A stretch of 64,000 nucleotides of DNA from Octopus vulgaris (GCA_951406725.2 OX597817.1:132370001-132434000); one strand, 5' to 3'. Positions 41,566-55,399 are shown, counted from the stretch's first letter. Numbers and translations are program-made. The notes: generated from the sequence alone by a model not told the origin.

Positions 41566-42089
41566 TTTCTATTTATATATATGTATGCATATATATATAT
41601 GGAGTGAGAGGGAGAGATTTAACGTGCCTGTATGTGTGAGCATATGTGTGCGCATGCGCGTTTGCGTGGATGTTCGTGCAGTGAAGGATGTGTGTGCCTA
41701 TATAAATATGTGTGCATCTTTTCCCATCAATATTTTTACGACTAATGCGTTTTCACCATTTCAATATTATGAAAATGTAATTTATTGAAACAAAACCAAA
41801 CAACATGGAAAGATAATTGCGACAACAAAGTAAATATTTAGACACTTCCAGTTATTATTTTCTCAGCAAACACCATATTTTGTTTCTCCTTTTTCAGTAA
41901 ATGCCATATTTTCTTTCTCCTTCCGTTTATTTCTTTCCTTGGTTTTATTGTTTGCCATCGCTCACACTTTTAATTTTCTTCGTTGCATTCCTAACAATTT
42001 CTTATCTTCGTGCATCTCACCGCTTTTCGCATTTTAGCACAATTTAATCTTTATTTATTCTATCTTTATCTCTGTGTCACTCTCTTGTG

Positions 42090-42600
<511 letters not shown>

Positions 42601-42717
42601 ACATGTATCCATCTCTCTCTCTCACACCCTTTCTCTCTTTCTCTTTCAGTTTTCAGTCGCATATATGCACTCCTTCACAAAAACATATTCGTAATTCAAC
42701 AACCTGTCTACTGAAGT

Positions 42718-42758
<41 letters not shown>

Positions 42759-42924
42759 ACAAACTTGCACGCATACATACATGATTCCTTACTTGTACGT
42801 ACATGCACACATCCATACATGCTTACATGTACACATATATATACATGCCCTCATGTATCTATGCGCACGCATACATCCTTGCATGCACAATCACACACAC
42901 ACATGCACACACGCACAAACATAC

Positions 42925-43208
42925 AAATGACTGGTACTCCGTCAGTTACGATGACGAGTGTTCCCGTTATTGCTTTCAACGGAACAGTCTGCTCCGTGAA
43001 ATTAACGTGAAAGTGGCTGAGTATTCCACAGACGCGCGTATCCTAAACGTTGTTCACGGGGAGATTAAGCATGGTTACAGGATATGAAAAGGCTGGCCTT
43101 TTGGAATACTGTGCAACTCCTTTTTACTAGCTGAATGGACTGGGAATTGAACTCGGCACTTTATAATCGTAAGCTGAATACGCTAACCACTAAGCCAAGC
43201 GCCTTCAC
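42925..43208 (-). mobile_element. SINE family C variant
   Basis: Head GTGAAGGCGCTTGGCTTAGTGGTTAGCG...GAGTTCAATTCCC with a different tail. Confidence 0.6.
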
Positions 43209-43227
43209 GCATATGCAAATATATATA

Positions 43228-43592
43228 CAAGTGGCTATGTAGTAAGAAGCTTGCTTACCAACCACATGGTTCCGAGTTCAGTCCCACTGTGTGGCACCTT
43301 GGGCAAGTGTCTTTTACTATAGCCTCGTGCCGACCAAAGACTTGTGAGTGGATTTGGTAGACGGAAACTGAAAGAAGCCTGCCGTATGTATATGTACGTA
43401 TTTGTATATCTGTGTTTGACCCCTCCACCATTACTTGACAACCGATGCTGGTGTGTTTATGACCCCGTAACTTAAAGGTTCGGTAGTACTAGGCTTACAA
43501 AGAATAAGTCCTGGGGTCGATTTGTTCTACTAAAGGCAGTGCTCCAGCATAACCGCAGTCAGATGACTGAAACTAGTAAAAAAAGTAAAAGA
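43228..43592 (+). mobile_element. SINE family A
   Basis: Head, body and tail present with an internal deletion. Confidence 0.8.
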
Positions 43593-43607
43593 ATATATAT
43601 ATATATA

Positions 43608-43830
43608 TAAAATACAAAATGGGACAAGAAAGCATAACATCCAAATAGACGATACAAAAACACGGCTGATTAATCTTGAGATTGCTCCAATCTGGCCAGC
43701 CCCAAGGAAATACTAAGCTAAGAGCATTAGATTCCTCGGGAAAAGGATCGAATGTGTACGAAACATGGACAGAAAAACGGACAATGTTACACGAATATAA
43801 ATACAAAAAAAAAAATACGAATATAAATGC
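43608..43830 (-). mobile_element. Family X terminal repeat with internal deletion
   Basis: Reverse of 29010-29270 joined at CAGCCG|TGTTTTTG. Confidence 0.75.
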
Positions 43831-45534
43831 AAAAAGACAATAATATATAATATATAGACACACACACACACACACACATACACACACATCCGTCGCTTTG
43901 ATGATTACGACAGCTTGAATTAAACACCCCTGGCCTGATACTGAGTTGAACTGAATAATGGAGGAAGTCCTATGCTGCTTAGGCGTGCGTGCATGTTATA
44001 ATGTTTTCTGTTGTTTATTTAACATTTCAAATCTCAGAATTCTTCCTGTAAGGTTGAATATGATAAGTTAAATCCAGAGAAAGAATTATCCATCTTTAGA
44101 GTGTTAATATGCTACCATACAGTAATACAATGTTGTTAGAGGCCCACAAGATCCGAATCCAGAGATAACGCTGTCATATATGTGACTTATTAAGTCTGTC
44201 CTAAGAAGTCTACCCTCATTTTCATCCAATAGGAAAACTAAATAGGTTTTAAACATATAAATATGTTTTAAATATAAACTACACTTCTACATATTGAACT
44301 GATAGATATCATTTTAGAAAGGGGTTCGATAAATATTTATATTGAAGATTAGCATCAAATCATACACGGCATCATTGATTCTGATGAGATAAAGATTTCT
44401 TTAAGTAATATATAATTATTAAAGCAATATTTCAAACAGACAGCTTTTCAATAACGCTGTTTTTAAAGTAATTATTTCGCTATTATTCATGAGGATGGTG
44501 TTGACTCTTACTTCACTGTGTTTGCTAGTAACATTGACGGTGTGATGGAACAGCTCGATCCGGTTAATGCTTTCTCTGGGTCTTCCCAATTAATTGCAGC
44601 AATGATGATTAAAATGGAAAAATGGTAGAATCGTTAGTCTGCCAATGAAGAAAAATACTTAGCGGCATTTCTTCCGATTCTACGTTTTGAGTTCAAAACC
44701 TGCAGGGATCTATTTTGACCTTTCGTCTCCTCGGTGCCAATAAAATAAAGGATCTGCCAAGTACCAGGATCGATGTACTCGACTTTCCACTTTCCCACAA
44801 AATTGCTGAAGTTGAACCCTACAACGGATCGGAGTCCCGTCCAGGGTGAGTGTTGTGATCTCAGTCACCAATACACCATGGAAACCAGGTAACCGGTCTT
44901 ATGAATCCTAGGGCCAAAAAAATAGAAAAGAACGATGAAGCTGATTGCAAAATGAGAGTAATTAATAAATCAATTATCAGAGAACCAATCAAGGTTAAAT
45001 TTATTACCTGATTGTTGAACGAATTTTTTGAATAATGGAATGCTTAAGCCTCCACCCCGAATATTACAGTAGAACCACAATCTATCGGGGGTGCCTCAAC
45101 GTAGTCGTTCAATCTGCTAGAAATAGTAATTAAATTATCTTCAGGCCTTCAGACCACACCCTACAATCTCACCATGTTAGCTGATATTTATAGGTCTATT
45201 CTATAGCGAGACAGATCTTTCAAGCAAATTATGCTAGTAAATTTAATTTAGTTAATAAACTAGCCAACATGTTGGCTAATATCTTTAGATTTATTCTGTA
45301 GTGAATTATATCTCCTAATATGCACGTAGTAACGTTCCTTTCGTATTTCGTAACAAATACATATTCCATAAAGAATGAAGTTTTCCTAAAAGAACATAGT
45401 CCCTGACGTACAAGAAGATGAAATGTTCAGAACTGGAAAGATTGTACAGTTCTATATTTAAGAGATGAGGAATAATGTACATCATTTACATTATTTACAT
45501 TTGACGGATATTTGTCCTCATCTTGTTTGTTGTT

Positions 45535-45580
45535 AACACAACGTTTCGGCTGATATAATCTCCAGCCTTCATTATGTGTC
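45535..45580 (-). ncRNA. Degenerate minimal type I hammerhead
   Basis: GACAC-ATAATGA-A-GGCTG(GAGATTATAT)CAGCC-GAAAC-GTT-GTGTT; stems intact, two core substitutions versus CTGATGA. Confidence 0.6.
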
Positions 45581-45632
45581 TTAGAGAAATTTCTAACCTA
45601 GGTTCTCATTCCTCAAGTATTTTTCGATGTTG

Positions 45633-45675
<43 letters not shown>

Positions 45676-45676
45676 T

Positions 45677-45726
<50 letters not shown>

Positions 45727-45793
45727 TATCATCATCATCATCATCATCATCATTATTATTTTTTTTATTATTATTATTAATTATTCAGGTCAC

Positions 45794-45866
45794 GGGCATA
45801 TGGCGTAGTGGTTAAGAGTGCTGGCTACTAACTCCAAGATTCCGAGTTCGATTCAAGGCAGTGACT
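45794..45866 (+). promoter_or_regulatory. tRNA-derived internal Pol III promoter (A and B boxes)
   Basis: TGGCGTAGTGG A-box and GAGTTCGATTC B-box at tRNA spacing, with anticodon-arm-like GGCTACTAAC between; no acceptor-stem match, so not a functional tRNA. Confidence 0.75.
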
Positions 45867-46991
45867 AACAACATTGAAAAATACCTTAGGAATTAGAACC
45901 CAGGTTCGAAATTTCCTCAAGACACCGAAACGTTGTGTTAACAACAAACAAGATGAGGACAAATATCCGTCAATTGTAAATAATGTAAATGATGTGGAAA
46001 GATTTTGTTCATAAGTTTACTCAATCAGTGGGGTTCAATTACAAACAGAGCCAGCCAATTTTATCAATGGAAGCCACCAGTCATCGGTAAACTGATTGCC
46101 GTGTATTTACACCAAAAATGTGGATATTTTAGTTCGATATTTGAATGAAGAGATCCGAGTCATTGACGTAAATCAAAACAACGATCGATTATATTGATTT
46201 CTTCTGTCTAGACAGGAGACAAACTCCCGCTACCATAAAATGCTAGAAATAGAAATATATTCGTGACCTCAGTTTCAAATAATAAAAGGGACAAGATGCA
46301 GGTTATCATGTTTTTTGTGTTATTGTCATCGTAGCACACCAGGTTCTTATATGTCTTCGATGAAAATTTAATATTACCGTAAAAAGGTCAAAAGCTAGCA
46401 GGAATAAAACATGACGAAAGAATGTTTCGTTGCTTATTCAGAATTTTCTCTACTTCCCATTTTTTTCTTACTCTGGTTGAAACATGGCAACAGAAATAAA
46501 TTTAAAATATGCTTCCTGGTATATCAGGTGATTATTTCCCCCTTCACTTGAATTATTCTCATTTATAAACCATGAAATGAAAACATTATGAATAAATATT
46601 TGATATAGAAAGGTGTTAGGTATGTTGGCAAGGTGCGAATTGTAAATAAAAGTGTCAGACTTAAAACATATCTATGGTTACTGTGAGAAGAAATATGGTA
46701 ATAAAACTATATTATACAATAAGCTAGATTAATGAATCGTGCAATATAATAGTAGAAAATAAAGCATTCTAGTATCTAACTAAAATATCGAGCTATCAAA
46801 GTAGAGATAGAAACAATTTCAAGGAAAACTATTAAAATTTCACTGAAAAACTCCACACGTTATGGAATTTGTATTTATTAGCGAAATACAAGAACATAAT
46901 TACATGCATAGTGGTAGATATACAAGGTACGATAGAATAAATGTATAGATATCCGCCGCTATGGTGTGACAATGGAAAATGACAGTAAATT

Positions 46992-46992
46992 A

Positions 46993-47042
<50 letters not shown>

Positions 47043-47145
47043 ACTGCATCAGCAGCAGCAGTAGTAGTAGTAACAACAGCAGCAGCAGCAGTAGTAGTAG
47101 TAGTAGTAGTAGTAGTAGAAGCAGTAAAAGCAGCAGCAGCAGCAT
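46992..47145. repeat. (AGT)n/(AGC)n microsatellite
   Basis: Visible. Confidence 0.95.
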
Positions 47146-47724
47146 AGAGGCATGCGCAGTAACAGTTCGGTCGCTGTAGCTACCATTTGTTGGTGATTCC
47201 TTTCTATTGCCGGAATACGACGCTTTTGCACTACACAGGTGAAAACGCTGCACCCCTTTGGTCTGTTTTGGGTAGCCGTTGGTGGTGAGGATTTTCCGAA
47301 GTCTGACTACAACTCCTATCCCTGTCTCTTATATTAAGGTTAATTTGCTAACAAAAATTGTTTGAATGCTGTGAACAAAAAGAAAAAAAGGATAACAGAG
47401 GTGATTCAAGTTTTAACGAATGCTTTAACTGATATTGTATTTTTTTTGTATTTTCTTTCTTTCAATCATAACATTGCAGGATTAAATTAATTTGTCATGC
47501 AAATCGTCTTCAGTACTTATTTCTAAGCCCGATACTTACACTACTGGCCAATTTTTCCGAATCCACCCGGTTGCTGAGACGCAAACCAATACCAGTTATC
47601 AAGCTACGGGGTACAAACACAACGTCTACCTATGTTTACATAAATATACCTACTTCTCTTTCTCTCTATCTGTGTCTCAATCAGTCTACACACACACACA
47701 CACACACACACACATGCTGTGTGA

Positions 47725-48262
<538 letters not shown>

Positions 48263-48474
48263 GAATATATATGCGTATATACAGAAAGAGAAAGAGAGAG
48301 GAAGTGGGAGAGCGAAAGAGAGAGAGAGAGAGAGGGAGAGATGCTAATAACCGAATAAGACTTCTTATGCTGGATATATAGAATAAACACATATGTATAA
48401 AGTAAAAAGAGTGAACCAAAAACGGAAAATATGGAAAATATGGACATTCATGTATGAATATATGAATATTCAGA

Positions 48475-49335
48475 AGGTGGCGGCGAGCTGGCAGAAACGT
48501 TAGCACGCCGGGCGAAATGCTTAACGGTATTTCGTCTGCGTTACGTTGTGAGTTCAAAATTTCGCCGAGGTCGACTTTGCCTTTCATCCTTTCGGGTTCG
48601 ATAAATTAAGCACCAGTTACGTACTGGGGTCGATGTAATCGACTTAATACCTATGTCTGTCCTTGTTTGTCCCCTCTGTGTTTAGCCCCTTGTGGGTAAT
48701 AAAGAAATAGGTATTTCGTCTGCCGTTACGTTGTGAGTTCAAATTCCGCCGAGGTAACGGTGGAGAGCTGGCAGAAACGTTAGCACGTCGGGCGAAATGC
48801 TTAGCGGTATTTCGTCTGCCGTTACGTTGTGAGTTCAAATTCCGCCGAGGTCGACTTTACCTTTCATCCTTTCGGGGTCGATAAATTAAGTACCAGTTAC
48901 GCACTGGGGTCGATGTAATCGACTTAATACCTATGTCTGTCCTTGCTTGTCCCCTCTATGTTTAGCCCCTTGTGGGTAATAAAGAAATAGGTATTTCGTC
49001 TGACGCTACGTTTTGAGTTCAAATTCCGCCGAGGTCGACTTTGGCTTTCATCCTTTCGAGATCGATTAAATAAGTACCAGTTACGCACTGCGGTCGATGT
49101 AATCGACTTAATCCGTGTGTCTGTCCTTGTTTGTCCTCTCTGTATTTAGCCCTTTGCGAGTAGTAAAGAAATAGGTACTTCGTCTGGCATTACGTTTTGA
49201 GTTCAATTTCCACTGAGATCGACTTCGCTTTTTATCCTTTCGGGGTTGATAAATTAAGTACCAGTTGTGTATTGTGGTCGATCTAATCGAGTGGCTCCCT
49301 TCCCAATACATTTCGGGCCTTCTTCATAAAGTAGA
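48475..49335 (+). mobile_element. Tandem array of SINE family B units
   Basis: Heads at ~48476 and ~48758; unit GGTATTTCGTCTG...AAAGAAATA re-iterated at ~48710, ~48990 and ~49174. Confidence 0.85.
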
Positions 49336-49475
49336 CATAAATATATGGATTTTCGTATGTCAACAGTGCAGATGTAGGTAGAATCCAAAAATGCTGGGTT
49401 TACATAACGTTTAAACGCATCCTCTAACGGTTGCTTATCTTTGTCTTCTTCCGAACAGCATTTGCCAACATTATG

Positions 49476-49563
<88 letters not shown>

Positions 49564-49653
49564 TATATATATACAGAAGGCGACTTATATTCATATATTC
49601 TTTTCTATTCTAGGCACAAAGCCCGAAAATTTTCGGGAAGGGGGCCAGTCGCC

Positions 49654-49693
<40 letters not shown>

Positions 49694-49829
49694 TGAATCT
49701 TCCATGCGTCAACATGTATCTCCCTGCGACCATGTAAGCTTTCATTTAATCAAGATATCCTCGGCCTGAAGAGTAACTTCCGAGGATCCGCTCGCTTTGA
49801 AGCATATGTTGCATCCATTCCTTAATATA

Positions 49830-50700
49830 TAAGGCATTGCTGTGGGGTAAGACGTTTGCTTCTCAACCACAACGTTTCGGGTTCAATCCCATTGTGTGCC
49901 ATCTTGAGTAAGAGCCTCGGATCGAACAAAGCCTTCTGTGGATTTGGTGTGTGTGTGAGGGTTATCTTTGTATCTGTGTATACTCCAACTCCACCGCTTG
50001 ACAATCAATGTTGGTGTGTTTACGTCCCCGTAAAACAGCGGTTCTTCCAACAAAACCGATAGAATAATACCGGGCTAAATCCGCTAAGTACTAGGATTGA
50101 TTCATTCGTCTACAGTTCTTCAGGGTGATGCTCCAGCATGGCTGCAGTCTAATGACTTAAACAAGTAAAAGATAAAGGATACACCGTAGGCGTAGGAGTA
50201 GCTGTGTGGTAAGAAGCTTGCTTCCCAAGCACCTGGTTCTTGGTTTACTTTGTCCAGCACGCAAGCAACTCTGTATCATGCCTTTATGGTAAAATTTTTG
50301 AAATTAAGTAGCTTGCTTACCAACTACATGGTTCCGGGTTTAGTCTCACTGCATGGCACCTTGGGCAAGTGTTTTCTACTACAGCCTCGATCCGACCAAA
50401 GCCGTGTGAGTGGATTTGGTTGAAGGAAACTGAAAGAAGCCTGTCATATACACACACACATATATGTTTGTATGTATGTATGTATGTATGTGCATGTGTT
50501 TGTTTGTGCCCCCACCATCGCCTCACCACCGACGTTTGTGTGTTTATATCCCTGTAAACTAGCGGGTTCGACAAAAGAGACCGATATAATAAGTACTAGG
50601 CTCACAAAGAATAAGTCTTGGGATCGATATGTTAGACTAAAGGCAATGCTCCAGCATGGCGGCAGTCAAATGACTGAAACAAGTAAAAGAATGAAAAGAT
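49830..50700 (+). mobile_element. Cluster of SINE family A copies
   Basis: Copies at ~49830-50178, head 50189-50240, and 50307-50700. Confidence 0.75.
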
Positions 50701-50837
50701 TAAAAACGTACATATACGTAAACGAATGTAACGCCATAAACATAAAACATATCAGAATTTATTTTTCTGCATACAAACACATTAACGAGAACACGGAGAA
50801 ATCGCTATCAATATATAAGATCGTGTGTTATTCCACA

Positions 50838-50862
50838 GCTTTTTGGCTAAGATCAAAGTGTG
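50838..50862 (+). pseudogene. U2 snRNA 5' fragment
   Basis: GCTTTTTGGCTAAGATCAAAGTGT versus U2 GCCTTTTGGCTAAGATCAAGTGTAG. Confidence 0.5.
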
Positions 50863-51753
50863 GTGTACAAGATTGTGCAGATAATTTGTTCTGTTGTTTA
50901 AACAAAATAGCTCCATAAACATAGATAATACCACGTTTCTGAGAATGAATGAACGCAAAACGTCAGTGTGATATCAGTCTGACGTATATAGATCAGTAGA
51001 TAGATACTCTACTGAGGTGAATATCTGTGCTATGATGAAGAGAAGACATTGCTGTGATTTAAGTAATATGGTAGATTTTGTTTGTATTGTGGTTTAGTCT
51101 CGTATCAGACACGATTAAACTGAGCTCTGATCACGGAGCTTTCATATCGGAACCATCGTACTTTATTGCATATTACACTTTACATTACACACACACGCAC
51201 GTACGTATACCCACGCCGCCACAAAGATATAAATTCGTGCATGCGCGTGGTTTAGTGTATTCGGATTACGATCGCTATATCGCCAGTTCGATTCCCGGCG
51301 GCCTGTTGTGTCATTGAGTAAGACATTTTATTTCATATTCATCCGGTCCATTCAGCTGACAAAACAATACCGGAAACAACACCGAGTAACTAAAGGTGGT
51401 GCACAAGCATGAGCTCACCTCTGGGATGAAACCAGTAAAAAGATAAAAGATATAAACTAATACCGAACAGTGAGAATGAGTGCTCAACACCGCATTCGTG
51501 GATAAATATTCTTTCCTTGTGCATGAACAAGGCTACCGATGATATTCAGCAATTATCAGGCCTGCAACATGGGAAGATTGTAATCGTCTCCATTCTAGAG
51601 GAGACTACCACGAAACTACGCAAGATAGTGCGGTATTCGGAAATAAATGCATAAATATACAGATAAGGCAGAACAACTCCTGATTGTTAGCTCAGTCAAA
51701 ATGGAGATGAGTACAAACTTCCCATGTGACAGGCTTCATAACGGCTGTGAATT

Positions 51754-51770
51754 CTCGGCATGAAACCAAT

Positions 51771-51816
<46 letters not shown>

Positions 51817-51833
51817 ATTGGTTTCATGCCGAG
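51754..51833. repeat. Perfect inverted repeat centred on (TA)n
   Basis: CTCGGCATGAAACCAATGG(TA)nCCATTGGTTTCATGCCGAG. Confidence 0.85.
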
Positions 51834-53518
51834 CATTCTCGGCAGTTGTCAAGTGAACATATATAAGCACAATTGTGTGTAAACTGAGACATGCAATCAC
51901 ATGAAAACTTACGTGTACGCACATATATACAAAATCTCGCGAATATTCTAGTATCTATTCACTAACACAGACAGAAACTTATATGGGCAAACACGTTCAT
52001 ACATCACAAACAAACAAACAACACATTCACACACATCACACACACTCACTCATAGACAATAAATACAAACCATATGATACGATGTATATAGAGTATGTAT
52101 ATATGTATATATGTATATATATGTAATGATTTGGGAATGGATATGGAGTATAGATTTTGAACATCAGCATCCATTTTTGATTAATTTATGCAAATATCAG
52201 ATCTGTTTCATGTTTTTCCGTTCCTGGTCTCCAGATGATTCTTTCATTTCATACAAGCAATTTGAAATTAATGTCGATATTACTGACAACAACGTTCGTT
52301 GTTTTTATCCTCTTCTATCTTCCACGAATGTTTTCGGTTGACCAAAACCCTGAGGTTATATATCTAATCTGCTATTAAACTAGAATCATCTTCCCAATAA
52401 TAAAGAATGCCATTTAAGAAGATCATTTGGTAGCCAAGAATTTCATATTTATTTCGCATTACTTTGATCCCAATAATTATATTTTCAAATCTAACTCGTA
52501 TTTCGGATCAGATACTTATTCGCTTCCGACGCCATCGCTAAGATGATACAAAACTATTACTAAGTTATTGCCACTTAAGGCAATATTTTCCATCCAACCA
52601 ACCATTTAACAAAATTACTTATAAAAGTAGCGACATCATTCTAAGGACGCTGGAAATGGATAGTCTAAAGGATTCGGTGTGTTTTCTTAGGATTCTTTGC
52701 GTCAGAAACTCTTTGAAAAAATTTCGTTAGTCATTCTCTAGATCGAGTTGAAGAATGAATCATATTTAGAATATTCTACACAAAATAGCAGTAACACAAC
52801 TATAGAATCGCTCCAGTTGATCCCACTTGTTATTAAATTATGCTAAATTATGCAGAGTCTTTATAAAAATAGTATTTATATGAGAAGGAAACCTACTTTG
52901 TGCTAAAGAGTTCAACTATAATAGTTACGTCGACCATATGCTAAATTTAATAGTTAATTAAATATATGCATGTGTAAGTGTGTGCGTGTGTGTGTGTGTA
53001 CGTACATAAAATAACCAAATATGCCTGATAAATAAGGTATATATATACTATTGACAGACACTATGCTGTAGTTTTTGTCCGATGGAAAATCTCTTCATAT
53101 GTATGATACGTTAAAAACACAATACAGAACGGAGTGAGGAAAATTTTCTCACAACAATGACGAACGAGAAGTACACAATGGAGTATATACGATAGTCATG
53201 ATATACACATGGGTGTTATAATTCAGAGCTATTTCAATTGCATGCCCTGAATTTATTACATCCCGGCAAGGTTTCTGCAATATCAGTGAATATATTATTC
53301 ATTGTTTCCTACATATTAACCGGACGATTTTTTGTAGGTATGCGACAAGCGGGTATACATTACTGGCAAGAATTGAGGAGGCCGAAACGAGTTATGACAT
53401 TCTCGTTGTCACTGCTGAAACTATGTTTAATTCACTTTGTTATATACTGTTTTTCAAACACAAAAAGATCTTTGAAATGATTTTTGCTCAGACTAAAACC
53501 ACTGCATCATGCCTTTCA

Positions 53519-53558
<40 letters not shown>

Positions 53559-53562
<4 letters not shown>

Positions 53563-54296
53563 AATATAAGGGTAGCAAAAAATTATAGAAAAATTCTCCG
53601 CTACCAGCGGTCTAGTGAGATGAAAAGATAGTCATGGACTATATAATATACATTCAAAAATATAAGGAATGGCTATAATAGAACATTCGACTCACTAGAA
53701 AGAGCAGCCAAACTCAAACCGCTAATAGTTGTAATTCTGAAATTGAAAGAGAAATAAAAACGTTTACCCTTTCATCTCTGGACTATGCATAGTTTCGGTA
53801 AACTTTAGTAAACAAATTAATTAAATTAAATTAAATTTATTTACAAATAGCGTGCCTCGTCAGCAGAGAAGCCAAGGACGAACATATATCCACGAGGCGA
53901 TGGTAAGGAAGCCTCAAGTCTATATGCTATAAATTTTCAAAATCTACCGCAATCGCGCGGTCTTCTCAGCAGCAAATATAAACTGCTGATTTAGTTTCAA
54001 AATTAGCCAAAAAATCATTAATTAATAAATATAAGGGTAGCAAAAAATTCTAGAAAATTCTAGTTTGCCGAAACTATGCATAGTCCAGAGATGAAAGGGT
54101 TAACGTTTTTATTTCTCTTTCAATTTCAGAATTACAACTTTTAGCGGTTTGGAGTTTGGCTGCTCTTTCTAGTGAGTCGAATGTCCTATTATGGCCATTC
54201 CTTATATTTTTGAATGTATATTATATAGTCTTTAACTATCATTTCTTTTCACTGGACCGCTGGTAGCGGAGAATTTTTTATAGAATATTTTGGTAT

Positions 54297-54302
<6 letters not shown>
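53559..54302 (-). mobile_element. Penelope-like element: full pLTR, partial tandem pLTR and inverted truncated pLTR, in (TA)n
   Basis: AATAAATATAAGGGTAGCAAAAAATT.TAGAAAA repeated at ~53559 and ~54024; 54061-54302 is the reverse complement of ~53565-53805. Confidence 0.85.
53775..53869 (-). ncRNA. Type I hammerhead ribozyme, fully canonical core
   Basis: TCTCTG-CTGACGA-GG..(GTAAATAAATT/AATTTGTTTAC hairpin)..CC-GAAAC-TATGCATA-GTC-CAGAGA; 6-bp stem I, palindromic ACTATGCATAGT stem III, GUC site. Confidence 0.88.
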
Positions 54303-54359
<57 letters not shown>

Positions 54360-54365
<6 letters not shown>

Positions 54366-54600
54366 CTGCTGATTGCGTAGATTTGAAAATTTATAGCATA
54401 TAGACTTGAGGCTTCCTTCCTCGCCTCGTGGATATACGAGGCACGTCAGTTGTAAATAAATTTAATTTAATTTAATTAATTTATTTACTAAGTTTACCAA
54501 ACTATGCATAGTCCAGAGATGAAAGGTAAACGTGTTTATTTCTCTTTCAATTTCAGAATTACAACTATTAGCGTTTGGTTTGTTCTTCTTGAGTCATGTC

Positions 54601-54605
<5 letters not shown>
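54360..54605 (+). mobile_element. Additional deleted copy of the 53.6-kb pLTR
   Basis: Reverse complement of ~53685-53977 with several deletions, including loss of stem I/CTG of the HHR. Confidence 0.75.
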
Positions 54606-54693
<88 letters not shown>

Positions 54694-54814
54694 ACTGAAA
54701 GGCACGATGCAGTGGTTTTCGTTCGAAAAGGAATCATATAATTATATTTAATAATGCGGCATGCTATTTCATATATATATATATATATAAATTTCAACTA
54801 TATATATATATATA

Positions 54815-55270
54815 TAGTTGAAATTTACAGAAAACAAAAGATGAAGACGGGTGTATATACAACAACCAGGTGTATTATTAGTTCGACACTCGGAAAAGTG
54901 AGATAGCCTTTTACGTTTCGAGCCTACGCTCTTCAAGAGAAAGGGGCACGAAGAAATAAACAGAGAGAGAATAAAAGAACTTGTGGATTTAGCGGTCAAT
55001 CATGGTGAATGGTTGGAAAAAGGTAGTTGGACAGTAGAGCTAGGAAGAAAGGGAGATAATAAAATGCTGGTGATCCCAAAACAAAGATGCGCGTGCGTGG
55101 GTGTATGTGAGAATGTTTAAGTGTCTGCATGTAGATAGGGTCTGGTGACTTTGACGTGTGGATGCGTGCGTGTGTAAGTGTGTGCGTCTGTAATGTGTGA
55201 ATGTGTGGATGATGGTGCGGGCACTGGGAATTATTCAGTGCTAGTGTGCGAAAGAGAAGCAGTTGAGGGA
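54815..55270 (-). mobile_element. pLTR-like element with HHR motif
   Basis: 3' end abuts (TA)n; homologous to 26992-27127; distal boundary uncertain. Confidence 0.55.
54907..54944 (-). ncRNA. Degenerate minimal type I hammerhead
   Basis: CCTTT-CTCTTGA-A-GAGC(GTAG)GCTC-GAAAC-GTA-AAAGG; stems I and II perfect, core decayed. Confidence 0.6.
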
Positions 55271-55399
55271 GAGAGCAAGTTCAGCCAGACGAAGAAGTGT
55301 AGACGATGTAATATGGCAGTCTTAAACCGAGGAAAAGATTAACTTTACTAAGATGAGGAATTGTCTCTTAGAACTGCGCACAGTTTCTGTCTTTTATCT

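Larger units (their letters stand above)
45444..45994 (+). mobile_element. tRNA-headed, hammerhead-bearing foldback retroelement with 10-bp TSD
   Basis: TGGAAAGATT at 45434-45443 and 45995-46004; inverted arms ~45479-45632 / ~45869-45995; tRNA-like head 45794-45866. Confidence 0.8.

Noticed and set aside
45794-45866. Functional tRNA gene
   Set aside because: Acceptor stem does not pair and there is no T-run terminator; it is embedded in a TSD-flanked element
49760-49815. CTGAAGA...GAAGC-ATAT-GTT in a TA-adjacent island
   Set aside because: GAAA is mutated, stem I is only 2 bp and stem II is not evident; too degenerate to call
52130-52560. Decayed LINE endonuclease fragment on the minus strand (TDLIFA, SNIDIN)
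   Set aside because: Only two weak motifs among many stops; needs a homology search
53373-53393. TTGAGGA-GGCC-GAAAC-GA-GTT hammerhead-like string
   Set aside because: No adjacent stem I pairing, no stem II loop and no repeat context; plausibly chance
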